Below are positions 39,065 to 49,744 of a DNA stretch of 64,000 nucleotides, in pieces. The position numbers and the translations under genes were made by a program. Source of the stretch: an uncultured Pelagibacteraceae bacterium (GTDB lineage: Bacteria > Pseudomonadota > Alphaproteobacteria > Pelagibacterales > Pelagibacteraceae); contig CACGIZ010000004.1 in assembly GCA_902573235.1 (NCBI GenBank), forward strand, positions 676 through 64,675. Direction: 5' to 3'. The first letter of the stretch is position 1; each line of letters starts with the position of its first letter. Under the pieces are notes generated by a model. It ran no database searches. It was given only the letters and a program-made list of their open reading frames with translations, and was not told where the DNA came from.

Positions 39065-39324
39065 TTATCTAATAGTTTCTTTTTCGCTTTTTCAAATTCC
39101 TCTTGAGTCAAAATACCATCATTTAAAAGTTGATTTAATCTCTCAATTTCATCACTAAGTTTGTTTCCATCATCTGAAAAATCATCAATTTTTTCATTTT
39201 CACTAATCTCATTAGCTTTATTAGCACTTTTAGCACTAAAACCTTTCATGATAGCCGTGGCACCTAAATATAAAACAAATCCAAGAATTGGAATTACTAA
39301 ACCAAAAAAAATAATCTTTTCCAT
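39061..39324 (-). CDS. SHOCT-domain membrane protein
   Basis: N-terminal TM; C-terminal LLNDGILTQEEFEKAKKKLL. Confidence 0.88.
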   Translation of the reverse strand: MEKIIFFGLVIPILGFVLYLGATAIMKGFSAKSANKANEISENEKIDDFSDDGNKLSDEIERLNQLLNDGILTQEEFEKAKKKLLDN

Positions 39325-39327
39325 TAC

Positions 39328-39546
39328 TTAATCTTCATCTTCCTCTCTCCAATTTTTTTCATACATTAACCATGCCGCAAATATTACTGAAAAAGTTCCT
39401 ACAATCATACCATAATCAAATCCAGTTTGTTGATCATAAAGGTACCATCCCAGTTGGGTGGCACCAATAGGTGGAATAGTTAATATACCCATTATGATTG
39501 CTATTCTGTATGGATATTTGGGTTTTTTCATAACCCAACTTATCAA
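39328..39546 (-). CDS. Small two-TM hypothetical protein
   Basis: 72-aa ORF filling the gap in a co-oriented run. Confidence 0.7.
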   Translation of the reverse strand: MISWVMKKPKYPYRIAIIMGILTIPPIGATQLGWYLYDQQTGFDYGMIVGTFSVIFAAWLMYEKNWREEDED

Positions 39547-39568
39547 ATATTTTTTATCGATTTAAATG

Positions 39569-40414
39569 TTAAATTTGCGATCTTTTGAAACAGTCAATTG
39601 TATTTTTAAGCAAACAAGCAATAGTCATTGGTCCAACACCACCTGGAACAGGTGTTAAAGCTTTTGCATTTTTTGAAACCTCATCAAAAGCCACATCTCC
39701 AACAATACCTTTGTCTGTTTTGTTAATACCAACATCAATTACAATGCTATCTTTTTTAACCCAATCACCTTTTACTAATTCTGGGATACCAACTGCTGCA
39801 ACAATAATATCTGCTTCAAGGCATTCTGCTTTTAAATCTTTTGTTCTAGAATGCGTTATTGTTACAGTACAATTTTCTTTTAAAAGAAGTTGAGTCATTG
39901 GTTTACCATTTAAGTTTGATCTACCAACTACAACTGCCTTTTTTCCACTTAAATTAGGTTCTATCTTTTTAATTAATAAATAACAACCTAATGGCGTACA
40001 TGGCACTGAGCTCTCATAACCAGATGAGAGATTTCCAACATTCATTGGATGAAAGCCGTCTACATCTTTTGAAGGATTAATGGCCTCAATAACTTTTTGT
40101 TTATCTATATGTTTAGGCAGAGGTAATTGAACCAAAATACCAGATACTGTATCATCTTTATTTAGTTCCTCTATTTTTTCTAAAACTACCTTTTCTTCTA
40201 CTGAGTCTGGATATTTTATAACATCAGATTTAAGACCGACTTCATTTGCTGATTTTTCTTTATTTCTTACATAAATTTGACTTGGAGTTAAATCACCTAT
40301 TAGTATTACTGTTAATCCAGGCACTTTGTTATATTTTGCTTTTAATTCCGACACTTCTTTTTTTAGCTCCTCTCTTAAGAGTGCCGCTTCTTTTTTACCA
40401 TCAATTAAAATCAT
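39569..40414 (-). CDS. folD: Methylenetetrahydrofolate dehydrogenase/cyclohydrolase
   Basis: ILIDGK (true start 40414), VQLPLP, KDVDG, PCTP, TPVPGGVGPMT. Confidence 0.97.
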   Translation of the reverse strand: MILIDGKKEAALLREELKKEVSELKAKYNKVPGLTVILIGDLTPSQIYVRNKEKSANEVGLKSDVIKYPDSVEEKVVLEKIEELNKDDTVSGILVQLPLPKHIDKQKVIEAINPSKDVDGFHPMNVGNLSSGYESSVPCTPLGCYLLIKKIEPNLSGKKAVVVGRSNLNGKPMTQLLLKENCTVTITHSRTKDLKAECLEADIIVAAVGIPELVKGDWVKKDSIVIDVGINKTDKGIVGDVAFDEVSKNAKALTPVPGGVGPMTIACLLKNTIDCFKRSQI

Positions 40415-40422
40415 AAATTTTT

Positions 40423-40713
40423 TTAAAATATCATTGGTGCGATGTAAAGCTTCATACACATTTCTATGAACCAAATCAATAGAAGTAAGATTATTGGAGA
40501 TATATCCAGAGCACCTAAATTAGGAAGAAATCGTCTTATTCTGTTTAGAAAAGGCTCTGTCAGTCTGTATGTAAAATCTAATATAATATATACAAATCTA
40601 TTTTGAGTATTGAGAATGTTAAATGCAATTAACCAGCTTATTACAACGTTTGCAATAACTACATAAGAATAAAGTTTTAATAATTGTAAAACTAAATAAA
40701 AAATAGCAATCAT
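40423..40713 (-). CDS. YggT family protein
   Basis: ISWL, LTEPFL, LDISPI; typical position upstream of folD. Confidence 0.9.
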   Translation of the reverse strand: MIAIFYLVLQLLKLYSYVVIANVVISWLIAFNILNTQNRFVYIILDFTYRLTEPFLNRIRRFLPNLGALDISPIILLLLIWFIEMCMKLYIAPMIF

Positions 40714-41795
40714 TTTTTTTCAACATAAATAGACTGACTTGGAAATGCAAAAGATGCTTTATTTGTTTCAACTATTTGTTTTATTGCGATAGCTAAACGC
40801 TCTTTAACTGATAACCAATCGTTCCAACTATCTGTTTTTGTAAAACAACGAACATACATGTCTATTGAACTATCTGAAAATTTATCTACTCTTACTGCAA
40901 CCCCAACACTTGTATTAAAATCTTCACTCTTATTAATGTGTTCCTCAATTTGATTTCTAATGGTTTTGAGTTGATCTACAGTAGTGTCATACTGAAGAGT
41001 TATTATCCAGCTTATTAACCAATTGGAAGTTTCACTAATATTAATTACTGCATTTTCAGCAAATTGAAAATTTGGAATTATTGCCAAAGATTTATCAAAT
41101 TTTCTAATCGTGGTGGATCTAAAACCAATTTTTTCTACTATACCCTCAATAATTCCATCAACTAAAATCCAATCACCAATTTTAAATCTTTTCTCTACAA
41201 GAACTAAAATTCCTGATATCAAATTTTTAAATAAATCTTGAGCTCCAAGAGCCACGGCTACTCCAAACAACCCTAGTCCAGCAATTATTGGTCCAATTTT
41301 AATACCCCATAATTCTAATACTGCTGCTAAACCTAAGATAAAAATAAGTATCTTTAATGATTTAATTATCCATCCAATTAATTCTCTTGTTAAAAGTTTA
41401 TCAAGACCACTTAAAATATATGAGACTGGCTCAATAATCTGATGGATGATCCAAAAAATTAAAATCGTGATTAATGTTCTATTTATTGTATCAACGACTT
41501 CTCGTCCTTCAATTGAAAATGTCATGTAATAGCTTGCAATAAAAAAACCTATAACTATAGGTAAAAATCTAGCTGGTCCAACTAATGCATTTACAAATGT
41601 ATCATCTAATTTATTAGTAGTTCTTTTTGATATAATTTCTAATTTTTTAATTATGAGTTTACTTATTAAACCTCTAAAGATAAGGAAAATTAAAAAAATT
41701 CCAATTCCAATTAATATCTGAAAAATATCTACACCTAAAATTCCTTTATTCCAAACAGACAAAAATATCTCTGAAAAATTTTTAATTAATTCCAT
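40710..41795 (-). CDS. MscS family mechanosensitive channel
   Basis: ALGAQDLFKNLISG, FKIGDWI, IGFRST, IPN, FAFPSQ. Confidence 0.93.
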   Translation of the reverse strand: MELIKNFSEIFLSVWNKGILGVDIFQILIGIGIFLIFLIFRGLISKLIIKKLEIISKRTTNKLDDTFVNALVGPARFLPIVIGFFIASYYMTFSIEGREVVDTINRTLITILIFWIIHQIIEPVSYILSGLDKLLTRELIGWIIKSLKILIFILGLAAVLELWGIKIGPIIAGLGLFGVAVALGAQDLFKNLISGILVLVEKRFKIGDWILVDGIIEGIVEKIGFRSTTIRKFDKSLAIIPNFQFAENAVINISETSNWLISWIITLQYDTTVDQLKTIRNQIEEHINKSEDFNTSVGVAVRVDKFSDSSIDMYVRCFTKTDSWNDWLSVKERLAIAIKQIVETNKASFAFPSQSIYVEKK

Positions 41796-41797
41796 AA

Positions 41798-42496
41798 TTA
41801 AATTTTATACAATAAAAACTCTTCTTCTCCAGGATTAAAAAGGAATATTTTTTTCCATTTTATTTCATTCAATATAGATGAGGTTTTTTCACTAATACAC
41901 ATTAAATTTGTATTCATCCATAAGCTTTCTGATTGATAATTTTTTATAAAATTCAAAAAACTTATCGCACTGTTTTGTGAATAAACATAGACTAATTCAG
42001 GCATATTTAATTTTAGCTGCTCTACAAATTTTTCATCAAATTTTTCGTTATGATGAGTCTTATAATTAACCAATCTTTTCAAATTATAACCAATCTTAAT
42101 TAACTGAAGATCTAAATCACTTGATAGAATTTCTCCACTCACATAAAGTATTTTTCCATCAGATGAATTAAAATTTTGAACAATTAACTCTTTTAAATTT
42201 GTAACATTTCCATCTGCTGCTATTACTTTTTGAAATCCAACACTCCTAGCTTTTTTTTCTGTAGCACTTCCTACACAAAAACATAAAATATTTTTATCTA
42301 AATTTTTTAAATCTAAAAATTTTATTGCATTAGCACTTGTAAATATGATCGCTTTAAAATCATTAAAATCGCTTTGATTGTATTCAACTGGCTCAATTTT
42401 TAAAAGTGGTATATGTGATATTTGATGACCTAATGATTTAAACTTAGAAATCATTTCTATACAATCTTCCAAAGGTCTTGTTAATAAAATATGCAT
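41798..42496 (-). CDS. hemD: Uroporphyrinogen-III synthase
   Basis: LLTRP, FTSANA, CVGSAT; downstream of hemC. Confidence 0.9.
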   Translation of the reverse strand: MHILLTRPLEDCIEMISKFKSLGHQISHIPLLKIEPVEYNQSDFNDFKAIIFTSANAIKFLDLKNLDKNILCFCVGSATEKKARSVGFQKVIAADGNVTNLKELIVQNFNSSDGKILYVSGEILSSDLDLQLIKIGYNLKRLVNYKTHHNEKFDEKFVEQLKLNMPELVYVYSQNSAISFLNFIKNYQSESLWMNTNLMCISEKTSSILNEIKWKKIFLFNPGEEEFLLYKI

Positions 42497-42497
42497 A

Positions 42498-43418
42498 TTA
42501 TTTTTTATAAGAATTATTTGATTTTTCTTTTAAAATTTTTCCAACTTTTTCACCGAGATTTTCAGCAAATTCAATCTTACCTGAAATTTTTTCATGAAAT
42601 CTTTCTGTTCCATCAATCGAAAATAGCTCAGCATTCAATTCAATCTCATCCTCTTTAATTTCAGCATGCACTCCTATAGCAGTTTCACAATCTCCCTCTA
42701 AAATTTTTAAAACACCTCTTTCTGCTAAAGCACGATAAAAAGTTGGCTTGTGATTAACTTTTTCTATCAATTCAATTATTTGATTATCCTCTTTTCTACA
42801 TTGTAATGCTATAATTCCTTGTCCTGCACTAGGAATCATTTCTGAAGTTGTAAAGAATTGAGTTATTTCATTATTTAAATCCAGAGAATTTATTCCTGCA
42901 CTCGATAAAATAATTGCATCATATTTTCCCTTTTTTAATTTACTAATTCTTGTATCAACATTACCTCGAATTAATTCACAATTTAAATCATTTCTAATTC
43001 TTTTGAGTTGAAACTCTCTTCTAAATGACGATGTGCCAACAACTGAATTTTTTTTTAATTCATCTAATTTTTTATCTTTTAAACTTATCAAAATTTCTCT
43101 GGGGTCATTTCGTTTTAAAAAGCATGCAGTCCTTAAACCCTGAGTTTCAATTGCAGGCATATCTTTTAATGCATGAACAGCGATATCAATTTTTTTATTT
43201 AATAATTCCTCCTCGATATTTTTTGAAAATAATCCTTTTCCACCTAAATCTGATAATCTTTTATCCAAAATTGTATCACCTTTTGTTGAAATTGATTTAA
43301 TCTCAATATTTTGTTCAACAATATTTTCTGAAAAATTTAATAACGCCTCTTTAACCCTTTTTGCATAAATTAGAGCTAGTTTACTGCCTCTTGAACCAAT
43401 AGTTATTTTTTTTTTCAT
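42498..43418 (-). CDS. hemC: Hydroxymethylbilane synthase
   Basis: IGSRGSKLA, GGKGLF, VHALKD, GTSSFRR, RGNVDTR. Confidence 0.96.
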   Translation of the reverse strand: MKKKITIGSRGSKLALIYAKRVKEALLNFSENIVEQNIEIKSISTKGDTILDKRLSDLGGKGLFSKNIEEELLNKKIDIAVHALKDMPAIETQGLRTACFLKRNDPREILISLKDKKLDELKKNSVVGTSSFRREFQLKRIRNDLNCELIRGNVDTRISKLKKGKYDAIILSSAGINSLDLNNEITQFFTTSEMIPSAGQGIIALQCRKEDNQIIELIEKVNHKPTFYRALAERGVLKILEGDCETAIGVHAEIKEDEIELNAELFSIDGTERFHEKISGKIEFAENLGEKVGKILKEKSNNSYKK

Positions 43419-43472
43419 CAAATTTTTTTTCTTTCTTGTATAAAGATTGTACTATTAATAAAAACTATTTGA

Positions 43473-44546
43473 ATGAGCAAAAAACCATTAATTCTTGGTA
43501 TAGAGACAAGCTGTGATGAAACTGCAGCATCAATTATTACTGAAGATGAGTACAATAAACCTAAAATTTTATCAAATATTGTCTCAAGTCAGATTGAGAT
43601 CCATAAAGAATTTGGCGGAGTAGTACCTGAATTAGCCGCTCGATCACACATGGAAAAGATTGATTCGATTGTTAAAAAAGCAATTAATGATAGTGGAAGA
43701 AAATTAAGTGATATAGATGCGATTGCATCTACAGCTGGACCAGGTTTGGTTGTATGTCTGTCAGTTGGTCTCAGTTTTGGAAAATCTTTAGCACTATCCC
43801 TGAATAAACCCTTTATAGCGGTAAATCATCTAGAAGGTCATGCGTTAAGTCCAAAACTTAATTCAAAATTAGATTATCCTTATCTTTTATTGTTAATTTC
43901 TGGTGGGCATTCTCAATTCCTTAGTGTTGAAAATTTAGGGGAATACAAAAGACTTGGAACAACAATTGATGATGCATTAGGAGAAGCTTTTGATAAAACT
44001 GCAAAAATTTTAGGGGTAGAATTTCCAGGTGGACCCCAAATTGAAATACTGGCTCTTAAAGGTAATCCAAATAAATTTAATTTACCAAAACCAATTTTCC
44101 ACAAAGGTGGATGCAACTTATCATTTGCTGGTTTAAAAACGGCTATTCTTAAAATTTCAAAAAGTATAAAATCAGATCAAGATAGATATGATCTTGCTGC
44201 TTCATTTCAAAAAACTATAGAGGAAATTCTTTATAAAAAAACTTTGATTGCAATAGAAGAGTTCAAAAAAACTAATTTAACAAATAAAAATAACTTTGTA
44301 GTAGCCGGTGGAGTTGCTGCGAATAAAAAAATAAGGGAAATGTTGGTTAATCTTTGTAAAACTGTTAATTTTAATCCTATATTCCCACCTAAAGAATTAT
44401 GTGGTGATAATGCAGCTATGATCGCAATGGTGGGTTTGGAAAAATTTAAACTTAATAAATTTAATAAGTTAAATTTTCCTGCAAAACCAAGATGGCCCCT
44501 TGATGAAAATGCTCTCTTTATGAAAGGCGCTGGAGTAAAATTATAA
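43473..44546 (+). CDS. tsaD: tRNA t6A threonylcarbamoyltransferase
   Basis: GIETSCDET, GGVVPELAARSH, HLEGH, SGGH, GEAFDK, DNAAMI. Confidence 0.97.
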   Translation: MSKKPLILGIETSCDETAASIITEDEYNKPKILSNIVSSQIEIHKEFGGVVPELAARSHMEKIDSIVKKAINDSGRKLSDIDAIASTAGPGLVVCLSVGLSFGKSLALSLNKPFIAVNHLEGHALSPKLNSKLDYPYLLLLISGGHSQFLSVENLGEYKRLGTTIDDALGEAFDKTAKILGVEFPGGPQIEILALKGNPNKFNLPKPIFHKGGCNLSFAGLKTAILKISKSIKSDQDRYDLAASFQKTIEEILYKKTLIAIEEFKKTNLTNKNNFVVAGGVAANKKIREMLVNLCKTVNFNPIFPPKELCGDNAAMIAMVGLEKFKLNKFNKLNFPAKPRWPLDENALFMKGAGVKL

Positions 44547-44548
44547 AT

Positions 44549-45304
44549 ATGAAAAAAAAATTAGGATTAATACAGACAGGTGGGCTAGGAGATATTCATA
44601 TAGCTTTACCTATAGCATTATTTTATCACAAAAAAGATTTTGAAATATATTGGCCAATTTTTAATAACTGGGTCGAACAAATGAAACACTATGTGCCTTG
44701 GATAAATTGGATTGGAATATCTAAAGAAAATAAAGAACATGCATATAATGAACCAGTAAAAATTCTTGACTCGTTAGGGGTAGAGAAAAAAATACCTTTA
44801 TATAATTTTTTAGGAACAAATGTGGAATTATCTAATACTCCTTATTTTCCTCACGTAAGTTTTGATAAATATAAATATATTAAATCAAACGTACCATTTT
44901 ACTACAAATGGAAGTTAAACGAATGTATTAAAAGAGACAAAAAAAGAGAGGACACAATGTTTAATAAATTTGTGAAAAATGAAAATTTTGTTGTTACACA
45001 TTTAAAAGCAAGTATTCATACTGCAACTTTCGACTTGTCATTAATACCCAAGGATTTTCAAGTTATAGAAATTAGTAATGATGGTTTTGTGCTTGACTGG
45101 TTAAAAATAATTGAAAAAGCGAAAATGTTATTTATGACAAATAGCGTAATGGCAAATATTACTGAGCAATTAAATATTGATAATATCAAATATTACATAC
45201 CTAGGACTAATATATTCAATAATCCAATATTTATTAATAATTGGATCTGGATAAAAAATAAAAATATTGATCCGAAAACCAACTTAACAGGGATCAAATT
45301 TTAA
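44549..45304 (+). CDS. Hypothetical protein, glycosyltransferase-like (GT9-like N-terminus)
   Basis: N-terminal GGLGDIHIALP resembles heptosyltransferase-type motif; rest unrecognised. Confidence 0.5.
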   Translation: MKKKLGLIQTGGLGDIHIALPIALFYHKKDFEIYWPIFNNWVEQMKHYVPWINWIGISKENKEHAYNEPVKILDSLGVEKKIPLYNFLGTNVELSNTPYFPHVSFDKYKYIKSNVPFYYKWKLNECIKRDKKREDTMFNKFVKNENFVVTHLKASIHTATFDLSLIPKDFQVIEISNDGFVLDWLKIIEKAKMLFMTNSVMANITEQLNIDNIKYYIPRTNIFNNPIFINNWIWIKNKNIDPKTNLTGIKF

Positions 45305-45343
45305 TTTTGCATTAACTTTGATTATAAAATATCATCAATTGAT

Positions 45344-46195
45344 ATGAGTGGTAGTGAATTTTTAACTATATATAAAAATCTTTTTCCATTGATGAAAAGA
45401 CATCTGGATATGCTTACTCTCAGGCATTGGGATAAAAAAATTTCATCTTCAAAAAATATCTTAAATAAAAGTGGAATGAAATTTTATTCTCAAAATGATG
45501 AAGATGGTATTTTAATGGAGATTTTAAGAAGAATTGATATCAAAAAAGGAAGTTTTTTTGAAATTGGTGTTTGCGGGGGACACAAGAATAATGGGACCGA
45601 ATGTAACTCTATAATTTTACTCATGTTAGGATGGAATGGCATTTGGATTGATGGAGTAAATATTGATCTTAATTTGCCAAAGGAGAGTAAATTGAATTTT
45701 TTTAAACAATTTCTTAATAAAGATAATTGTGTAAAAACCTTTAATGATGCTCTCAAAAGTTCAAAAATTAATAAATCTGAAATAAATGTTGTTTCAGTAG
45801 ACATCGATGGAAATGATTTTTATATAACTGAGTCCATTTTAAAAGAAGGATTTAAACCGGATTGTTTTATTGTCGAATATAACGGGAAATTTCCACCTCC
45901 AATCATTTATAATATGCCGTATGAGGAAAATTATGTTTGGCGAGGTGGAGATGAACAAGGATGTAGCTTGCAGTTTTATGTAAATTTTTTCAATAAATTT
46001 GATTACAATTTAGTTTGCTGCAATATAACTGGCACTAATGCTTTTTTTGTACATAATAAACATAAAGATAAATTCAAAGATATTCCAAAAGATATAAAAG
46101 ATATTTTTTATCCTCCTGATTATAATTGGTTTACGCAAATCGGTCATAGCACCTCTACTAAAACAATTGAGCATTTTGCTAAAACAGATGATTAA
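45344..46195 (+). CDS. FkbM-like SAM-dependent methyltransferase-fold protein
   Basis: YSQNDEDGI, FFEIG, SVDIDGNDF, VEYN, NAFFV. Confidence 0.7.
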   Translation: MSGSEFLTIYKNLFPLMKRHLDMLTLRHWDKKISSSKNILNKSGMKFYSQNDEDGILMEILRRIDIKKGSFFEIGVCGGHKNNGTECNSIILLMLGWNGIWIDGVNIDLNLPKESKLNFFKQFLNKDNCVKTFNDALKSSKINKSEINVVSVDIDGNDFYITESILKEGFKPDCFIVEYNGKFPPPIIYNMPYEENYVWRGGDEQGCSLQFYVNFFNKFDYNLVCCNITGTNAFFVHNKHKDKFKDIPKDIKDIFYPPDYNWFTQIGHSTSTKTIEHFAKTDD

Positions 46196-46225
46196 TAATT
46201 CTTATAATAGGTAGATCAAATAATT

Positions 46226-46639
46226 ATGAAATACTGGTTACTCAAATCAGAACCGGATGTTTGGTCTATTGAGCAACAAAAAAAAACTGGCAGCAAAGGG
46301 GCTACATGGGATGGTGTGAGAAACTATCAAGCAGCTAAAAATTTAAAATCAATGAAAAAAGGTGATCTATGTTTTTTTTATCATTCTAATATTGGAAAGG
46401 AGATTGTGGGTATTGTAGAAGTGATTAAAGAGTATTACCTCGATAAAACAGACAGATCTGGTCGATTTGTAGCTGTGACAGTAAAATTTTTAAAAAAATT
46501 AAAAAAACCCATCACATTAGAGGAGATTAAAAAAAACAAGGAATTAAGCCACTTATCACTCATAAAACAGAGTAGGCTTTCTGTTATGCCAATTGACTCT
46601 AAAAGCTGGAAAATTTTAAATAAGATGGGTAAGATTTAG
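46226..46639 (+). CDS. EVE domain protein
   Basis: YWLLKSEP, WDGVRNYQA, FFYHS, SRLSVMP. Confidence 0.94.
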   Translation: MKYWLLKSEPDVWSIEQQKKTGSKGATWDGVRNYQAAKNLKSMKKGDLCFFYHSNIGKEIVGIVEVIKEYYLDKTDRSGRFVAVTVKFLKKLKKPITLEEIKKNKELSHLSLIKQSRLSVMPIDSKSWKILNKMGKI

Positions 46640-46651
46640 TAAAAAAATTTT

Positions 46652-48739
46652 ATGCCTAAAAAAAAGAAAAAAACAAAAAAAAGATCTTCAAAAAAAAGAA
46701 AGGTTAAAAAAAGTAAAAGAATTTCAAGAAGAAGAAAGATAATTAAAAAATCCTCTAAAAGAAAAAAAAGTATAAAATTAGAAAAAATCAAAGATACTAC
46801 TTCTCAAGAATTAGTTTTTAAAACAAAACCAGAGTGGATTAAGAGTAGTCTAGCTAGTAAATCTCAGTATCAAAATAAATATAAAGAATCTATTAAAAAC
46901 AATAACTCTTTTTGGAAAAAAGAGGGGAAGAGAATTACTTGGATCAGACCTTATAAAAAAATAAAAGATGTTAAATACAGTAAAGATGATGTTAGAATAA
47001 AATGGTATGAAGATGGAACTTTAAATGCATCTGCAAACTGTATTGATAGACATTTAAAAGATAAAAAAGATAAAACTGCAATTATATGGGTTGGAGACGA
47101 TCCGAAAGATACACAAAAAATTTCCTATAAACAGCTTCATCAAAAAGTTTCAAAGGCTGCTAATGGATTAAAAAAGTTGGGTATTAAAAAAGGGGACCGT
47201 GTAACAATATATTTAACTATGATACCTGAGTTGGCAGTATTAATGTTAGCTTGTGCAAGAATCGGTGCTATCCACTCAATAATTTTTGGAGGTTTCTCAG
47301 CTGAGTCCATTTCTGGTAGAGTAAATGACTGTGAGTCTGAATATATTATTACAGCTGATGAAGGAGTAAGAGGCGGCAAAACTATTCCTTTAAAAGCTAC
47401 AACTGATGAAGCCTTAACAAATTGTCCTAACGTAAAAAAATGTATAGTTGTTAAAAGAACTGGTAATTATGTTTTTTGGAATGATGAAAGAGATGTTTGG
47501 TATCATGATCTAATTAAAGATGTATCAAATCATTGCGATCCAGAGGAAATGAGTGCAGAAGATCCATTATTTATTCTTTATACCTCAGGATCTACTGGTA
47601 AACCTAAAGGCGTTCTACATACAACTGGTGGATATATGGTCTATGCTTCAATGACTCATCAATATATTTTCAATTATAAACCAAAAGATATTTATTGGTG
47701 TACTGCTGATATTGGCTGGGTTACTGGACATAGTTACATAATCTATGGACCTCTTTCTAATGGTGCTACAACTATTATGTTTGAAGGAGTACCAAATTAT
47801 CCAGATAGCTCTAGATGGTGGCAAATAGTAGATAAATTTAAGGTTAACACTTTCTACACCGCACCTACAGCTATTAGAGCTTTAATGAGAGAAGGTGAAG
47901 GACCAGTTAAAAAAACTTCTAGAAAATCTTTAAAATTATTAGGAACAGTTGGTGAACCAATCAATCCTGAAGCATGGATGTGGTATTACAACACTGTTGG
48001 AAATTCTAAATGCCCAATTGTCGATACTTGGTGGCAAACAGAGACAGGTGGAATTTTAATTGCACCTCAAACTGGAGCGATACCATTAAAACCAGGTTCA
48101 GCAACTAAACCATTTTACGGAATTAAACCTGTTATCGTAGATAAAGATGGTAAGGAGATAAAAGGTGCAGGAGAAGGGAGACTTTGCATAGCTCAATCGT
48201 GGCCAGGACAAATGAGAACTGTCTATGGTGATCACCAAAGGTTTATAGACACATATTTTTCTCAATTTGACGGCAAATACTTTACTGGTGACGGATGTAA
48301 AAGAGATAAAGATGGCTATTATTGGATAACAGGTAGGGTAGATGATGTAATTATTGTCTCTGGACATAATCTTGGTACTGCAGAAATAGAAAGTGCATTT
48401 GTTGCTCATCCTAAAGTAGCTGAAGCAGCAGTCGTTGGGTATCCTCACGATATCAAGGGGAATGGTTTATACTGTTATGTAACCTTGAATGCAGGTGAAA
48501 ATGAAACTGGCGAACTAGAGAGAGATCTTAAACTTTGGGTAAGAAAACAAATTGGTCCTTTAGCAACACCAGATCTAATTCATTTTTCTCCTGGATTGCC
48601 GAAAACTAGATCAGGAAAAATTATGAGAAGAATTTTACGAAAAATAGCTGCAAATGAACACGATCAATTAGGAGATACTACTACCTTAGCAGATCCAACA
48701 GTAGTTACTAGTTTGGTTGAAAACAGAAAAAACATTTAA
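46652..48739 (+). CDS. acs: Acetyl-CoA synthetase with basic N-terminal extension
   Basis: [41 protein letters not shown]. Confidence 0.97.
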   Translation: MPKKKKKTKKRSSKKRKVKKSKRISRRRKIIKKSSKRKKSIKLEKIKDTTSQELVFKTKPEWIKSSLASKSQYQNKYKESIKNNNSFWKKEGKRITWIRPYKKIKDVKYSKDDVRIKWYEDGTLNASANCIDRHLKDKKDKTAIIWVGDDPKDTQKISYKQLHQKVSKAANGLKKLGIKKGDRVTIYLTMIPELAVLMLACARIGAIHSIIFGGFSAESISGRVNDCESEYIITADEGVRGGKTIPLKATTDEALTNCPNVKKCIVVKRTGNYVFWNDERDVWYHDLIKDVSNHCDPEEMSAEDPLFILYTSGSTGKPKGVLHTTGGYMVYASMTHQYIFNYKPKDIYWCTADIGWVTGHSYIIYGPLSNGATTIMFEGVPNYPDSSRWWQIVDKFKVNTFYTAPTAIRALMREGEGPVKKTSRKSLKLLGTVGEPINPEAWMWYYNTVGNSKCPIVDTWWQTETGGILIAPQTGAIPLKPGSATKPFYGIKPVIVDKDGKEIKGAGEGRLCIAQSWPGQMRTVYGDHQRFIDTYFSQFDGKYFTGDGCKRDKDGYYWITGRVDDVIIVSGHNLGTAEIESAFVAHPKVAEAAVVGYPHDIKGNGLYCYVTLNAGENETGELERDLKLWVRKQIGPLATPDLIHFSPGLPKTRSGKIMRRILRKIAANEHDQLGDTTTLADPTVVTSLVENRKNI

Positions 48740-49359
48740 ATTTTTATTCTTTCTTCAAATTCTTTTTTAACAATATCCCATTTTAGTATAACTGAATTCA
48801 AAACAATTTTACGATCCAAAGTTTTTAATTCCTCAGCTATCGGTGCCCATTTATAAAGTGATAAAGCACTAGGATTAAATGGAAGGTCCTTAAAATAAAT
48901 ATCCCAGTTTATTTTTTGTAATCTTTCATCAAAATTTTTTTTTGCTTCCTCTATTATATCTAATGGCATTTTATTTGTAGTTTCATCATCTAAAATTTTT
49001 AAAAAAATTTCTTTTGCTTTGTTTATATCTTGATAATTAAAATTAGATCTTAAATAAGAAAATGTAAAAAGAGTTAAATCCTGAAGAGCAACAGCATAAA
49101 TATTCCATTTGGCTAAATTTACAGACTTCATGAATATATCATTTTCGAAATGCAGAACATATCTTGTCCCCATTCTAGTCTTCAAATAACCATAAAGCGT
49201 GACTTGGGTCACCCAAGCAGATTTGGATTGTATGAAGTCCTCTAAATCATCTAGGCTGCTTAAATTTTTCTTAGGTATAAAAGCTTTAAAAAGCGCAAAA
49301 AGATATATTTTAAAATCATTCCAAGATAAGTCTTTCCAGGTAAGTTTATATTTTGCCAT
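48736..49359 (-). CDS. Conserved-looking hypothetical protein
   Basis: ATG 49359 preferred; [20 protein letters not shown] segment; no function recognised. Confidence 0.72.
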   Translation of the reverse strand: MAKYKLTWKDLSWNDFKIYLFALFKAFIPKKNLSSLDDLEDFIQSKSAWVTQVTLYGYLKTRMGTRYVLHFENDIFMKSVNLAKWNIYAVALQDLTLFTFSYLRSNFNYQDINKAKEIFLKILDDETTNKMPLDIIEEAKKNFDERLQKINWDIYFKDLPFNPSALSLYKWAPIAEELKTLDRKIVLNSVILKWDIVKKEFEERIKI

Positions 49360-49483
49360 AAAATTGGTTATTTTTGTGATTATACCCCAAAAATTCAACT
49401 AATTTGAACAATTTTAACACTTTAAATATCTTCGATAATGGTTATGGTTTTGGCCAGTTATAACTAAAAAGAGAGAGGTATAA

Positions 49484-49744
49484 ATGTCAAAACAAGCACA
49501 ACACTGGGAAAAAACCAGAGGATTGCTATTCATGACTTTAGCAATTTGGTTTGTATTCTCAATTGGCATCTTTCTTTTCGGAGCTGAAATGAACGAAGTT
49601 ACTGGACCGTTTGGTTACCCTTTAACTTATTGGTTCACATGTCAGGGTTCTCTTGGAATTTTCGTAATCTTAATTTTCTGGTTTGCGAATAGACAAGAAA
49701 AAATTGATGAAGAGTTCGGCTTTAGCGAAAGAGGAGATGACTAA
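49484..49744 (+). CDS. DUF4212 small membrane partner of solute:sodium symporter
   Basis: GYPLTYWFTCQGS, 2 TM, SD GAGG, coupled to symporter by TAATG. Confidence 0.88.
   Translation: MSKQAQHWEKTRGLLFMTLAIWFVFSIGIFLFGAEMNEVTGPFGYPLTYWFTCQGSLGIFVILIFWFANRQEKIDEEFGFSERGDD

Noticed and set aside
40415-40474. folD extension overlapping yggT
   Set aside because: The conserved FolD start MILIDGK is at 40414
46226-46639. EVE domain plus upstream methyltransferase as a modification-dependent defence system
   Set aside because: Stand-alone EVE near tsaD is common alphaproteobacterial synteny; no nuclease present and the methyltransferase looks FkbM-like, not DNA-directed
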